Source of the DNA: a virus
Taxonomy: Duplodnaviria > Caudoviricetes
Reading direction: 5' to 3' (one strand)
DNA: 64,000 nucleotides
Virus record (IMG/VR): IMGVR_UViG_3300031992_000011
Within the stretch, counting starts at the first letter, position 1. Every line of letters begins with the position of its first letter. A program made the position numbers and the translations under genes. The notes beneath the pieces are model-generated. The model had not been told where the DNA came from, made no database searches, and saw nothing but the letters and a program-made list of their open reading frames with translations. Positions 38,252 to 46,473 of the stretch are shown here, in pieces.

Positions 38252-38607
38252 TTTGTGTCGTTTGGATCGTGTATCTTGATTATGCCCATGTCAACAAGTG
38301 TGTTGATAGCCAGTATCTGTCCGAATGGCATTTCGTCCCATGTCTTTCGGTCTTCGCTGAGAGGGCGGAGCGCGCACTCTAATATCATCTTTATGGAGTC
38401 ATACTTGAGTCCCTGCACGGTGTCATTGCCGTTGTACTTTGTCTCGACTATCTCCTTTGACAGCATTGATATCTCGTCGTCCCCAGGTTCGAGCCCGTAT
38501 GTCTGCGATACGGTGGTGTTTGACGTCACATCATTCCTTCCGACTGAAGAGAATATCTTTGCGTAGGCATTCCAGTTTATGATGTATTCCTTGCCGTTGA
38601 ATGTCAT
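38248..38607 (-). CDS. Hypothetical protein
   Basis: 119 aa in operon. Confidence 0.6.
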   Translation of the reverse strand: MTFNGKEYIINWNAYAKIFSSVGRNDVTSNTTVSQTYGLEPGDDEISMLSKEIVETKYNGNDTVQGLKYDSIKMILECALRPLSEDRKTWDEMPFGQILAINTLVDMGIIKIHDPNDTK

Positions 38608-38629
38608 TATGCTCTTGTCTTTTTTGCGC

Positions 38630-39250
38630 TTATTCTTCGAGAAGTTTCTCTATTGTCCTGTCCGGGTCGTCTATGACGGCGGCCATGCTGTCAAACGAGT
38701 GGTCGGCCGCAGAACCGGCATTGTAAGGCATGTTGATTTTCACGGACACTTTCCCGTCCGGTTTCGCGTCGAGGACTGTCGGGTTCGCTGTGATGACAAT
38801 GTCGCATCGCTTCCATATGTCGGCCGAGTTGACAGGGAACCATATCTCCCTCATCCTGCACATGTTCGCCGACAAGTACGACAATGTCGACTGTATCGTG
38901 AGATTGGCCTCGAGAGGACTGTACAGTATGAATTCAGGAGCGTTGTCCTTCTCGACAGCGTTAATGAGGTCTCTGCCCGTCCACATGTTGAACTTGGCGT
39001 TCAACCCTTTTGAGCACTCGTCCGCCCTTGCGTGCAGCTCGAACGGGTAGTCGATGTACCTGAAATTTGTGTATTCGTCACGGTTCTTGAACGGGAACGA
39101 CTTGCTGAAGTCCGCGTCGGTGATGTCTTCTGTTTTCAGTTCTGCGGCCGGATCGATGAATTTCCGGTAAACGTAAATGAACTGCTCCGTGTATGCCCGG
39201 AGCACGTCATTGAGCTCTATGCCTATCTTCTTTCCCATGCAATCAGTCAA
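38630..39250 (-). CDS. 5'(3')-deoxyribonucleotidase-like HAD fold, catalytic motif degenerate
   Basis: KIGIELNDVLR in place of I-ID-D-V; C-terminal VKINMPYN. Confidence 0.6.
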   Translation of the reverse strand: MTDCMGKKIGIELNDVLRAYTEQFIYVYRKFIDPAAELKTEDITDADFSKSFPFKNRDEYTNFRYIDYPFELHARADECSKGLNAKFNMWTGRDLINAVEKDNAPEFILYSPLEANLTIQSTLSYLSANMCRMREIWFPVNSADIWKRCDIVITANPTVLDAKPDGKVSVKINMPYNAGSAADHSFDSMAAVIDDPDRTIEKLLEE

Positions 39251-39656
39251 TATGTGGAGTTATTTCATTTCCGTCTTTGTCGAAGAACACGACCCTCGGG
39301 TATGCGTGGTCAAGATTCAGTTTCTCTCCGCATGAAGGGCACTCATAGCGTCCGATACGCTCATTGAGCGCGTGGTTCATGATTACGGGGACTTGTGACA
39401 CTATCTCGCTTCCGCATGAAGGGCAGTATGCCTTCCGTAGTTTCACGGTCAGTTCGCTGTCTCTGACGTCAAGTTTGTCCTCGGTGAACTTTCTGTACTC
39501 CATATGGAATCTTCTGAATGCGACTTCTATGTCGTTCGGGTCGTTCCTCATCTGCTCAACCATACGGTCGGTTTCCTCGTCTCCGGTGTTCGGTTCGGTG
39601 AACGGGTTTTGCTCGACGTCGTTCATGTACATTGATAGTATGCTTTTCTTGTCCAT
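39243..39656 (-). CDS. Zinc-ribbon protein
   Basis: Two CPSC motifs. Confidence 0.65.
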   Translation of the reverse strand: MDKKSILSMYMNDVEQNPFTEPNTGDEETDRMVEQMRNDPNDIEVAFRRFHMEYRKFTEDKLDVRDSELTVKLRKAYCPSCGSEIVSQVPVIMNHALNERIGRYECPSCGEKLNLDHAYPRVVFFDKDGNEITPHID

Positions 39657-39702
39657 GTGATATTGTGTATATTATTAAAATGTGTTAACAAACGTAAAAA
39701 AG

Positions 39703-40224
39703 TCAACTGAACTTTATCGTCTTTTTCGTTTTTCCGCCATCCGTCCAGTTTGAATAGACAAACGACACGGGTTCTATGAGCACGAGCGGCGTGAGCATGT
39801 CTATCAGATGCCTCTTTGACGCCCCTTTGTTGAGATAGGCGACGGTCATGTGCGGATGGTATTCCTTGAATTCGCTGTGTGACGGATAGACTGACAGTAT
39901 CTCACTGTTCGACGCGTGGAGTATGTCGCTGGCCACGTCGCACTTGAGCACGTCATAAAGTTCATTGTCGAATATTGAGACATTGGTGAGCATTGCCCTG
40001 TAATCATGCAGCGGCCTTAGCATCTTGAAAAGTTTGCCGGTGTCCGTGTCGTTGTCAAGGCACGCGGCCAGCGTGACATGCGGCATTAGTTCAAGTCCGA
40101 AGTCGTCCGGACGCTCCGGATCTCCGTAAAGCTCACTCTTGTCGATGCTTTCCTGTATTTCCCTTATGATGTCCGGTACACCGTATTCCACCATCAGGAA
40201 TGCGTATTTCTTATCTTCTGCCAT
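39703..40224 (-). CDS. 2H phosphoesterase, T4 gp57B/Acb1-like (candidate anti-CBASS nuclease)
   Basis: PHVTL and SEFKEYHPHMTVAY HxT motifs; start reassigned to MAEDKK. Confidence 0.75.
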   Translation of the reverse strand: MAEDKKYAFLMVEYGVPDIIREIQESIDKSELYGDPERPDDFGLELMPHVTLAACLDNDTDTGKLFKMLRPLHDYRAMLTNVSIFDNELYDVLKCDVASDILHASNSEILSVYPSHSEFKEYHPHMTVAYLNKGASKRHLIDMLTPLVLIEPVSFVYSNWTDGGKTKKTIKFS

Positions 40225-41309
40225 TCTTGTAACCCTTCGTTCAGTTTGTTCATCATGCACTTGTTGCACAGCACATGTCCGTATGTCTCCTTTGAAATCT
40301 GCATGTCGTAGTATTCGGCAAGACCTTCTGTCTCGCCGACATCCGCGGCGTCGATTTCCGCAGTGTCATACCTTACGACCTTGCCGCATTCCTCGCAGAC
40401 ATATTCCTTCACAGGCTCATTGCCGGTGATGTCGACAATATGCTCCCGTTTCTCCTTGTTTTTGTATTTGTCTGTCACCGATTTCTCATAGAACTCGTCC
40501 ATCATGTCCTTCGCGTCGACAACGACGCCGGCGCGCATCCGTATCACATAGTTCCCGTCATACTCGTCAATGGACATCAGCATCGGGTTGCGCAAGCGGA
40601 ACACTATCAGGTCGTCCATTCCCCACGCGTTTGACGTGATGAATGAGATTCCGCTGATGTCAAAGATGTCATTGTACCGGTCTGTCTCGGTCGCGGCCTT
40701 CTTTATCTCGCTGACGAAACCCTTTGAGACGTACACATACTCGTCCGGATACTTGCTCACGTACATGTCGACGTACATTGCCGTGCTGATGTCGTCGTTG
40801 TCCTTGCGCATCACGACAATCTTCTTCACGAAATCCTCAAGACGGTACCTCGGCGTGAAGTTTCCGTCACGCTGGATATCAATCCAGTGCCGCGTGCGAT
40901 CGCCGCGTCCGCCAACCTGCTTGAGTCCGTCGGACACGTTCTCTATTACTGCATTGTTCTCTTGTATGGTCACGACGCTGTACCCGTCCCGCTCGAGTAT
41001 CTTCGGCATCTTTTTCTCTGTGTTGCCTCTTCGTTTTGACATGTATGGGGAGAAATAGACGTATTTTTTTGCCTCGCGGTCGACGAGGTATGTCCTGTAT
41101 CTGAGTTCGCGCACCTGCTGTGTCTCTTTTCCCGCGAGAAGGTCTTTTGACACCCTGTTCTCGTGCTGTTCCTCGTTTATCGTGATGTTGTTTCCACCGT
41201 ATTCGCCGCTGTAGGTGCGGAACATCTCATCATCGGCATTTTTGGCGCCCCGCGCAATCTGCGACATCAGTGTCACACACATGCGTTTCAACTTCTTTAG
41301 TAGTTTCAT
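40194..41309 (-). CDS. Hypothetical protein with C-terminal CxxC...CxxC
   Basis: 371 aa; CEEC and CNKC. Confidence 0.6.
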   Translation of the reverse strand: MKLLKKLKRMCVTLMSQIARGAKNADDEMFRTYSGEYGGNNITINEEQHENRVSKDLLAGKETQQVRELRYRTYLVDREAKKYVYFSPYMSKRRGNTEKKMPKILERDGYSVVTIQENNAVIENVSDGLKQVGGRGDRTRHWIDIQRDGNFTPRYRLEDFVKKIVVMRKDNDDISTAMYVDMYVSKYPDEYVYVSKGFVSEIKKAATETDRYNDIFDISGISFITSNAWGMDDLIVFRLRNPMLMSIDEYDGNYVIRMRAGVVVDAKDMMDEFYEKSVTDKYKNKEKREHIVDITGNEPVKEYVCEECGKVVRYDTAEIDAADVGETEGLAEYYDMQISKETYGHVLCNKCMMNKLNEGLQEWQKIRNTHS

Positions 41310-41547
41310 TCTTGTCGTCTTCGATAAATTTCTTTGTCCTCTTGTACAACTCTTCGTCGAGTTTGTTGATGAATCCGAAATACATCATGTATTCGTCGTT
41401 CACACGTTTGTCGTTCTGATTCACGCTCTTCTGTCTGAACAGTATGTGACATCGTCTGTCGCACATGTTGTACAGACTGTCCAGTTCTGCCAATGTCAAT
41501 TGTGATAGTGCCATATGTGCTATGATGTGTTTTTTTGCTGTCGCCAC
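41230..41547 (-). CDS. Hypothetical protein
   Basis: About 105 aa, helical; true start uncertain; 3' end overlaps the next gene. Confidence 0.4.
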   Translation of the reverse strand: MATAKKHIIAHMALSQLTLAELDSLYNMCDRRCHILFRQKSVNQNDKRVNDEYMMYFGFINKLDEELYKRTKKFIEDDKNETTKEVETHVCDTDVADCAGRQKCR

Positions 41548-41698
41548 AATCTTTATCTGAAATATGCGGGTTTAGGTGGACATTTTTCAACTCTGTCGCT
41601 GTCCGAACACCGAGTCATGTGGTGTAATTAGACAAAAAAGCGGTGTGAACGAATGCTCCGTTCGCGATATTAGACAATATCTGTCCATGTCCGCGAAC

Positions 41699-41738
41699 AA
41701 AAAAAGCGGCAGCCACTTTCCATAGACGTGGCCGCCGC
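41699..41738 (-). terminator. Intrinsic terminator after dUTPase
   Basis: Minus strand gcggcggccac-loop-gtggctgccgc-ttttttt. Confidence 0.75.
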
Positions 41739-41764
41739 AGCAATAAAACAGAAAAATATAATTA

Positions 41765-42208
41765 TTAAGACATTCCGGTGTGTCCAAACCCGCCGTCACC
41801 CCTTTCGGTGTCACCCAATGTGTCGGTTTCGACGAGTTCTACCCTCTCATGTTTGGCGAACACCAGCTGTGCGATGCGCTCGCCGTCTCCGATGTGCTCG
41901 GTTTCAGTGCCGAGGTTGACCAGCACGACACATATCTCGCCGCGGTAGTCTGCGTCTATTGTCCCGGGCGTGTTCAAAACGGTTATGCCCTTGTTCACGG
42001 CAAGACCGCTTCTTGGCCTGACTTGGCATTCTATCCCTTCCGGCATTTCGATATATATGCCGGTGCGAACCATGACGCGCTGCATCGGTTTTATGTCGAT
42101 AGTGTGCTCCGTCCATGCACGAATGTCCATGCCGGCGCTTGAAGGTGTCTTGTATTCCGGCATGGGGTGCGGGGATCTGTTGATGATATTTACTGTAAGT
42201 TTGTCCAT
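41765..42208 (-). CDS. dut: Trimeric dUTPase
   Basis: [37 protein letters not shown] motifs. Confidence 0.97.
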   Translation of the reverse strand: MDKLTVNIINRSPHPMPEYKTPSSAGMDIRAWTEHTIDIKPMQRVMVRTGIYIEMPEGIECQVRPRSGLAVNKGITVLNTPGTIDADYRGEICVVLVNLGTETEHIGDGERIAQLVFAKHERVELVETDTLGDTERGDGGFGHTGMS

Positions 42209-42209
42209 T

Positions 42210-42800
42210 TCATTTATAGTTTTTAAGTTCTATTGTCGTGAGTGTGTTCACCATCTTCGTGAGGACACATAACGTCGAGGTCATGATGAGTTTGTTCTCC
42301 TCCATGTCGCGGTCTATCGAGGTCATTGCCTCAAATTCCTCCTCGGCGAGCACAATGCCATAGTTCTGGCACAAGTACAGGCTTCTTTCCCCGAGTTTCA
42401 TGCTGCCGGGAAGATCGTCGTTGAAATCATATATGTACCCCTTCTTGATTTTCCAGTCGTCCGTGCTCGGTATGAACATCACGGCCTTCGCCAAGTGCTG
42501 AAGAAGAAGGACGCGCATCAGCATCGAGAAGTTTACCGCGAGTCTAGGATGTCTCGGTTTGTCCTTGTCGGTGCCTGTCAGCGCCATCTCGTTTATGTCG
42601 TACGCGATTCGGCAAAGGCGGTTCAGCACGATGTCCACCATCCCTCCCTCGTATGCCCCACGCATAGGGTCGCTCAGCGCGTATGGGGCGCGCTTTATCT
42701 TCTCACCGATTTCGTCCATCATCCGCTGCGAGTAGCAGTTGTATTTCTCAAGGCGCTGTATGTACTTGAGGTAGTTTGCATTCAGTCTTGCTTCGTCCAT
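42210..42800 (-). CDS. Degenerate HD-domain (YhaM-like) protein
   Basis: AP...[17 protein letters not shown] (in place of LLHD-GK), GERSLY, EE--A; start reassigned to MDEARL. Confidence 0.55.
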   Translation of the reverse strand: MDEARLNANYLKYIQRLEKYNCYSQRMMDEIGEKIKRAPYALSDPMRGAYEGGMVDIVLNRLCRIAYDINEMALTGTDKDKPRHPRLAVNFSMLMRVLLLQHLAKAVMFIPSTDDWKIKKGYIYDFNDDLPGSMKLGERSLYLCQNYGIVLAEEEFEAMTSIDRDMEENKLIMTSTLCVLTKMVNTLTTIELKNYK

Positions 42801-42818
42801 GTCTTTCGCATTTTTGCG

Positions 42819-42850
42819 CAAAGGTAATGTTTTGGGTTGAGATACACAAA
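42819..42850 (-). promoter_or_regulatory. Bacteroidota sigma-A promoter TTTG-N20-TACCTTTG
   Basis: Exact consensus upstream of the HD/dut operon. Confidence 0.8.
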
Positions 42851-42869
42851 CATTTTATGGAAAATTAAC

Positions 42870-42905
42870 AAAAAAATACGCGCATATCCTCACGGACGGC
42901 GCGTA
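42870..42905 (-). terminator. Intrinsic terminator with GUGA tetraloop
   Basis: Minus strand tacgcgc...tcc-gtga-gga...gcgcgta followed by T-run. Confidence 0.7.
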
Positions 42906-42934
42906 AACTCATAAAATTATGACTATTGAAAAAA

Positions 42935-43591
42935 TTACTGTTTTTTTCTCTTTTTGTTCTTGCCCCTGTATTTCATCTCGCATTCATATATGTTGTCGTC
43001 ATCGTCGAGGAAAAGGAACTTGTTGCTGAGTTTCATCACGGACAGTCCAGGTTCTTTCCGCGACGCGCTCTCGTTCAGCGTCTGCTGTAGCGTCCCGAGT
43101 TTTTTGTCGATTACACTCTCGACAATCGCCTTGATTATTTCATAGTCGATAGTTCCGGATGGAGATGTGCGCCTCCTTTCCGGCGCCTCTTGTATCATCT
43201 TGTCTACCGTCTTGCTTCTGTCAAGACGCTCTGACTGCTCGAGGATGCTCATTGACCGCTTGATTCCGTCCATGCTGTCCAGTTTTTTACCGAGCGTTTC
43301 CGTGAACATGTCCATTTCTGAGGCAGTGCTCTCGTTCATCATCAGCGGGTTCGCGATGATGGAGTTCTTGATGGCGTCAGGCACGTTGCTGTCTTTGATC
43401 CGTCGCTTCGAGATATTCTCGTTCATCTCCTTGAGCGCCTCTTGCGCGTTGTAAGGCTTGTACGCTTCCTCGCCCGGCGGCATCATGTATCCGGAGAACG
43501 TCGGAACCTTTGACGGGTCCACCGCTCTCTTGTTCGGCTTGGAAAGGGATGACTTGTCGTTCCCTATGTTCTCGACTAAATTCAGGTCCAT
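42935..43591 (-). CDS. Hypothetical protein with several x-x-E|S/A candidate sites
   Basis: 218 aa; MNES, IQEA, IIKAIVESVIDKKL...LNES. Confidence 0.6.
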   Translation of the reverse strand: MDLNLVENIGNDKSSLSKPNKRAVDPSKVPTFSGYMMPPGEEAYKPYNAQEALKEMNENISKRRIKDSNVPDAIKNSIIANPLMMNESTASEMDMFTETLGKKLDSMDGIKRSMSILEQSERLDRSKTVDKMIQEAPERRRTSPSGTIDYEIIKAIVESVIDKKLGTLQQTLNESASRKEPGLSVMKLSNKFLFLDDDDNIYECEMKYRGKNKKRKKQ

Positions 43592-43641
43592 TGTTGTTCT
43601 GTTTCATTAAAACTGCCTGCCGGCCCACGTATTTGTCAATA

Positions 43642-44538
43642 TCACCGCTTGGGTATTTTCGACAGGTCTATCTTGCGCGGATTCTCGAGCTGCCTCAACA
43701 GTTCGTCCATCCCTCTCTCGGTGTCCGTGCGGTATGTGTCGGGTTCTTTCTCTTCTGTCTCCGGTTCTGTTTCCTCCGGTTTGACTTCTTGCTTCCCTGA
43801 AGGCTTGTTGAACTTTGACAGGTCTATCTTGCGCGGATTCTCGAGCTGCTTCATCAGTGAGTCCATCCCTCTCTCGGTGTCAGTGCGGTAAACATCGTCG
43901 TCCTTCTTCGTGTCATCCTTCTTGGTGTCGTCATTCTTCATTTGCGGACCGCTTGAAGGTTTCAGAGAAGGTACCGTCATCTTTATTCCGTTCTTGGTGT
44001 CTATGCTGACCGGATCCTGAAGTTGTTGTCTCACCCGTTCCATCCTCCGTTCGGTGTCGGTCTTGTAGATGTCAGAAGAAACCCTTGGCACTCCGTCGGT
44101 TGAAATCTTCCTGAGCGCGTCGTCCGTGATTTCACTGTCCGGACCTCCGAACTGCGCGACCTTGAATACAACCGCCATGGTGTTGTCGCCGTTAGGGTTG
44201 AATTCCCCGAGACCCTTGTATATGTCAGAGGCTGGTTGGGTAAATATCTGGTCTGTCGGGTCCCACTCGCTTATCCTGTCAAGAAGGAAAAATTTCCACG
44301 AGGGCACACGCGAAGTTGTGTCCCCGTATGGCTGGAACGCCCTTATGACCGGGTTTCCCGCACTTGTCGTCCCGTATGCATACACCTCGATTATCCTGTC
44401 ACCTGTCGCTATGTCCTCCCCCTTCGAGTGATAGTTTATCAGTATCCTCCTGTGGTTGTCCAAAGCGTCATCGATGTCCTGTTCGGACACGGACTCTTCA
44501 AGAAGCACGCTCTCGAGTAGAGAACTGAGGGATTTCAT
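43642..44538 (-). CDS. WYL-like domain protein with C-terminal repeats
   Basis: INY...RIIEVYAYG...IRAF...WKFFLLDRI fits WYL; three Y(K/R)TDTER-M----QL--P repeats; LLESVLLEES leader. Confidence 0.7.
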   Translation of the reverse strand: MKSLSSLLESVLLEESVSEQDIDDALDNHRRILINYHSKGEDIATGDRIIEVYAYGTTSAGNPVIRAFQPYGDTTSRVPSWKFFLLDRISEWDPTDQIFTQPASDIYKGLGEFNPNGDNTMAVVFKVAQFGGPDSEITDDALRKISTDGVPRVSSDIYKTDTERRMERVRQQLQDPVSIDTKNGIKMTVPSLKPSSGPQMKNDDTKKDDTKKDDDVYRTDTERGMDSLMKQLENPRKIDLSKFNKPSGKQEVKPEETEPETEEKEPDTYRTDTERGMDELLRQLENPRKIDLSKIPKR

Positions 44539-44546
44539 TGTGCTCT

Positions 44547-44912
44547 TTATCTTATGACGTACTGTCCTTCTCGGACGTTTTTGGAAGTGTCCACTATCTT
44601 CTCGGTGTACGGTTCGTCCGAACTGTACAGGCTCCTGACCATCGACTGCTTTCTCGCCTCGTTGTCAAGGTCGTTACCCATTCCGCTCGCCGGATTGGTG
44701 TCGAAGTTTGAATAGTTGAACACACCCTTTGGCCCGTTGCAGTCAGGCAGCCAGTGTGTGTGCCCTCCGTGTCCGGTACCCTTGCCCTGTCTGTCGCCTG
44801 TGGCCAGCGCGTCAGGATGTGTCTCTGAATACGGGTTTTCCCTGGTATAGTCGCTTCTGACAATCTCATTGTGCCTTTCTTCTATACCTCTTTTTTCCAA
44901 ACATGATTGCAT
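44547..44912 (-). CDS. Hypothetical late protein
   Basis: 121 aa; TATTTAT upstream. Confidence 0.6.
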   Translation of the reverse strand: MQSCLEKRGIEERHNEIVRSDYTRENPYSETHPDALATGDRQGKGTGHGGHTHWLPDCNGPKGVFNYSNFDTNPASGMGNDLDNEARKQSMVRSLYSSDEPYTEKIVDTSKNVREGQYVIR

Positions 44913-44942
44913 ATCCTAAAAGTTGTTTTTTCCTTGTGTATG

Positions 44943-44949
44943 ATAAATA
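44943..44949 (-). promoter_or_regulatory. Putative late promoter TATTTAT
   Basis: aacTATTTATc upstream of ATG 44912. Confidence 0.6.
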
Positions 44950-44951
44950 GT

Positions 44952-45503
44952 TCATTTGACATAAGCGCGCCGCAATTCTTCGTCCACCATCCGGAGTATA
45001 TCCTCATATATGCTGTTCCCGGCGTGTGCCGAAGATTCGTAACGGACAATTTGCCCGTCGGAAACGGAACGGTTCATGTTGCCGGTGTTGAATTTTTCAC
45101 GCGTCGCTTTTGTGCTGGTTCTCTGCTTCTCGTGCGGCTTTATGTACGCGTTGTCCGCTCCGGCCGCCTTGAGCGCAGCCTTTCTGTCGTCTATCGTTTT
45201 CGTGGCGAGCCCGAGCGTGTTGTTGACCCATGTCCTCATCTCGTCGCCTCCGTTCAGTATGTACTCGTCCGACTTGTCTGAACCGTTGTAGTTGTCAAAG
45301 AAATTCTTGATGCGTTTCATCTCGTTGTACGCGATTCCGTTCTTCATTGACAGTATGTTGTTCAACCTCTTGTACCCGTCTACGGTCTTGTCGCCGTTGT
45401 ATGACGCCAATGTGGACTCAAGATGTTTCCTTATCCCGTCTCCGAGCGGAAACACCCTGTGCTTGAGTTCCTTGTTGCCTTCTGTCAAAAGTATGCGCAC
45501 CAT
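44952..45503 (-). CDS. Hypothetical protein with ILLTE|G leader
   Basis: 183 aa. Confidence 0.6.
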   Translation of the reverse strand: MVRILLTEGNKELKHRVFPLGDGIRKHLESTLASYNGDKTVDGYKRLNNILSMKNGIAYNEMKRIKNFFDNYNGSDKSDEYILNGGDEMRTWVNNTLGLATKTIDDRKAALKAAGADNAYIKPHEKQRTSTKATREKFNTGNMNRSVSDGQIVRYESSAHAGNSIYEDILRMVDEELRRAYVK

Positions 45504-45506
45504 GAT

Positions 45507-46082
45507 TCAACCTAATTTCCTTCTGAGCACTTTCTTCCACACCTCAGGCAGTGTGGACAGGTTCATGTTCTCGATAATCTTGTTCAGCACCATCGCGCAC
45601 TGCTTGTCACTGAGACCGGACGAGCGCATGGCGTCAAGAAGTACATCTGTCTTCTGCTGCACACCTTGCGGTATCTTGACAAGGTCGTCCCCTTGTTTGT
45701 TGTTCGAGTATGTGTCAAGTCCGTATCCGGTCTCGGCCGGCGCCTCGGCGCTGTCGTCGACTCCGTCGCGGTTCGTGTCGTCGTTGGCGGACTCTGACAC
45801 GGTGAAAGATTTGTCCAGATCAATGTAAACGTCAGGATCCGACGCCGTCGGGTGTCCGTACGCCATGCCGAACCGTCTTCCGTAGAACTGAGGGGTTATG
45901 TTGGCGGAAACGTCATCACCTGTCGTCGGCATTGCGGATTCAGTGCCGTCAAGTACCCCGTCGGCAGTCACGTCTTGCTGTCCACGATGGGCGTTGAACG
46001 GTGTGTCGGACAGGTATGAATAACCTGTGTCACCCATGTACTCCCTTAGTTGTTCCTCGCGCAATATGATGGTTCTCATCAT
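45507..46082 (-). CDS. Acidic hypothetical protein with IILREEQLRE leader
   Basis: 191 aa. Confidence 0.6.
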   Translation of the reverse strand: MMRTIILREEQLREYMGDTGYSYLSDTPFNAHRGQQDVTADGVLDGTESAMPTTGDDVSANITPQFYGRRFGMAYGHPTASDPDVYIDLDKSFTVSESANDDTNRDGVDDSAEAPAETGYGLDTYSNNKQGDDLVKIPQGVQQKTDVLLDAMRSSGLSDKQCAMVLNKIIENMNLSTLPEVWKKVLRRKLG

Positions 46083-46094
46083 GTCCTTCTATTA

Positions 46095-46424
46095 CTACTC
46101 GTCGTCGTAGCAGTCGACGCCGTTATCCCTCAATATCTCGCTCACAACAAACAACTGCCTGCGGTTGAGGACGTCGCTGTGCTGTATCATGTAGTTGTCG
46201 TCACGGAGTCTCATGTCTCCGCACGTGTATGATATGTAACGGCTGTCATCCTCGCTCGAAGTGTATGGAACATATATCGTGTCGCCCATAACCTCATATC
46301 TCCCTTTCCTGATGGAGTTGAAGAAAATCCTTATCTCATGCTGCCATTGCTTGTCGTCAGCCTCAGACAATATTCTTGTCATCACTTTCCGCGTGATGGA
46401 TTCCACCAATTCATTATTTCTCAT
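46095..46424 (-). CDS. Orphan protein with LVESITRKVMTRILSE|A leader
   Basis: Start reassigned to MRNNELVES, downstream of TATTTAT. Confidence 0.6.
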   Translation of the reverse strand: MRNNELVESITRKVMTRILSEADDKQWQHEIRIFFNSIRKGRYEVMGDTIYVPYTSSEDDSRYISYTCGDMRLRDDNYMIQHSDVLNRRQLFVVSEILRDNGVDCYDDE

Positions 46425-46435
46425 TTGTCGTTCGA

Positions 46436-46451
46436 TATTTACAGATAAATA
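46436..46451. promoter_or_regulatory. Pair of oppositely oriented late-type motifs: TATTTAC (+) and TATTTAT (-)
   Basis: TATTTACagATAAATA between divergent genes 46424(-) and 46474(+). Confidence 0.65.
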
Positions 46452-46473
46452 GCGTTTCAACACTGATTATGCA

